From Candidatus Oxydemutatoraceae bacterium (GTDB taxonomy: Bacteria > Pseudomonadota > Gammaproteobacteria > Poriferisulfidales > Oxydemutatoraceae), in contig OZ250161.1 in the NCBI GenBank assembly GCA_965237985.1, positions 1,701,677-1,765,676 on the forward strand: a DNA stretch of 64,000 nt, in the 5' to 3' direction. Positions 63,129 to 64,000 of this stretch are shown in pieces (the first letter of the stretch is position 1; each line of letters begins with the position of its first letter). Made by a program: the position numbers and the translations under genes. The notes beneath the pieces are model-generated. The model had not been told where the DNA came from. It saw only the letters and a program-made list of their open reading frames with translations, and ran no database searches.

Positions 63129-64000
63129 CGACGGAATGCTGGTGCCCCGGTATCTTTTGACAGCCTTGCTGGCTTTTCCGGCTTTGTGCCCGGCTGCGTC
63201 CATGGCGGGGCGTGTTTCGCCTGGCGCGATTGCAGCAGAACCGTACGTTGCTCAGCAGGGTAGTCTGATTTACCGCATAGCTGTTGCAGTAGCACCAGGG
63301 GTCAGGGGGCATGCGCCGAATCTTGCCCTGGTATACGACAGCCAGGGCGGCGATGGGGTGGTTGGCAAAGGCTGGAGCCTGGAAGGGGGTTCTTCCATAC
63401 ATCGTTGTCCGGCAACGCTGGCCGATGACGGGGCCCAGAGAGGAGTCTGGTTCAATCGGGAGGATGCGGTGTGCCTGGATGGAGAAAAACTGCTGGTATT
63501 GGAAAGTGGTCACTGGAGCGATACGGAAATGCGTCTGCGCAACGAGGTGTTCGCGCGTGTTCTACCGACGCGCAGTCGGCAGGGCGCACTTGGCTTTACG
63601 GTGGAGACCAGATCAGGACTAAAAAATCACTACGGCGGTGATAGCAGCCATCAAATTGAAAGCAGTGCAGAACCCTCGTTCACGATGTCCTGGCTTTTGC
63701 GCGAGAGTTACGACCAGGCGGGGAATCGGATCCGTTTTTATTACTCGGGTACGGCTGGAGAAAAACACCTGGTACGTATTGAATACAGTATTCACGCCGT
63801 TGAACTGGAATACGAAGATCGCGAAGCACCGGTCAACAGCTTTGTATCGGGCGCGCAACTCACGCTTTCAAAGCGATTGAAAACGATCAGATCGTGGACT
63901 GAGAAGACACTGGTTCGTGAATATCGCCTGAATTATTCCCACGACCTACTGGATGGTTCTGCGATTCTGGAAACCATCACCGAATGTGGGGGCGGTGATG
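63121..64000 (+). CDS. SpvB/TcaC-like N-terminal domain protein (RHS/YD-repeat Tc-toxin type), runs off the window end
   Basis: Manual translation: signal-like leader, then YRIAVAVAPGVRGHAPNLALVYDSQGGDGVVGKGWSLEGGSSIHRCP...DAVCLDGEKL...YDQAGNRIRFYY. Open to the edge, so missing from the ORF track. Start is GTG 63121 or ATG 63136. Confidence 0.82.
   Translation, partial: MSSDGMLVPRYLLTALLAFPALCPAASMAGRVSPGAIAAEPYVAQQGSLIYRIAVAVAPGVRGHAPNLALVYDSQGGDGVVGKGWSLEGGSSIHRCPATLADDGAQRGVWFNREDAVCLDGEKLLVLESGHWSDTEMRLRNEVFARVLPTRSRQGALGFTVETRSGLKNHYGGDSSHQIESSAEPSFTMSWLLRESYDQAGNRIRFYYSGTAGEKHLVRIEYSIHAVELEYEDREAPVNSFVSGAQLTLSKRLKTIRSWTEKTLVREYRLNYSHDLLDGSAILETITECGGGD

Overview
Chromosomal segment of an uncultured-looking gammaproteobacterium, possibly host-associated given the large GLUG surface protein, RHS/Tc-type toxin start, osmolyte genes and decayed remnants. 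Core genes are glmS-glmU, a galE-like epimerase, trmJ, hemE, gltD, rpsU, uvrD, a TRAP transporter, thrB, polA, rlmE-ftsH-glmM-tpiA-secG-tRNA-Leu and tRNA-fMet. Accessory genes are an AT-rich type I R-M locus right after glmS, a truncated S8 peptidase, a choline uptake/oxidation cluster (choVWX, betB, betA, second choX) and an ImmA/IrrE + DUF4411 pair. The most striking feature is seven independent long-unit tandem arrays (units of about 96-312 bp, 3 to about 20 copies, together about 12.3 kb or 19% of the window). At least four are amplified gene boundaries: the glmU 5' end (x~12), the betA 5' end (x3), a strongly diverged copy of the dctQ 5' end (x~5), and the secG 3' end plus a complete tRNA-Leu(GAG) (x17). 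Annotation is by eye from motifs and gene order; no database searches were run.
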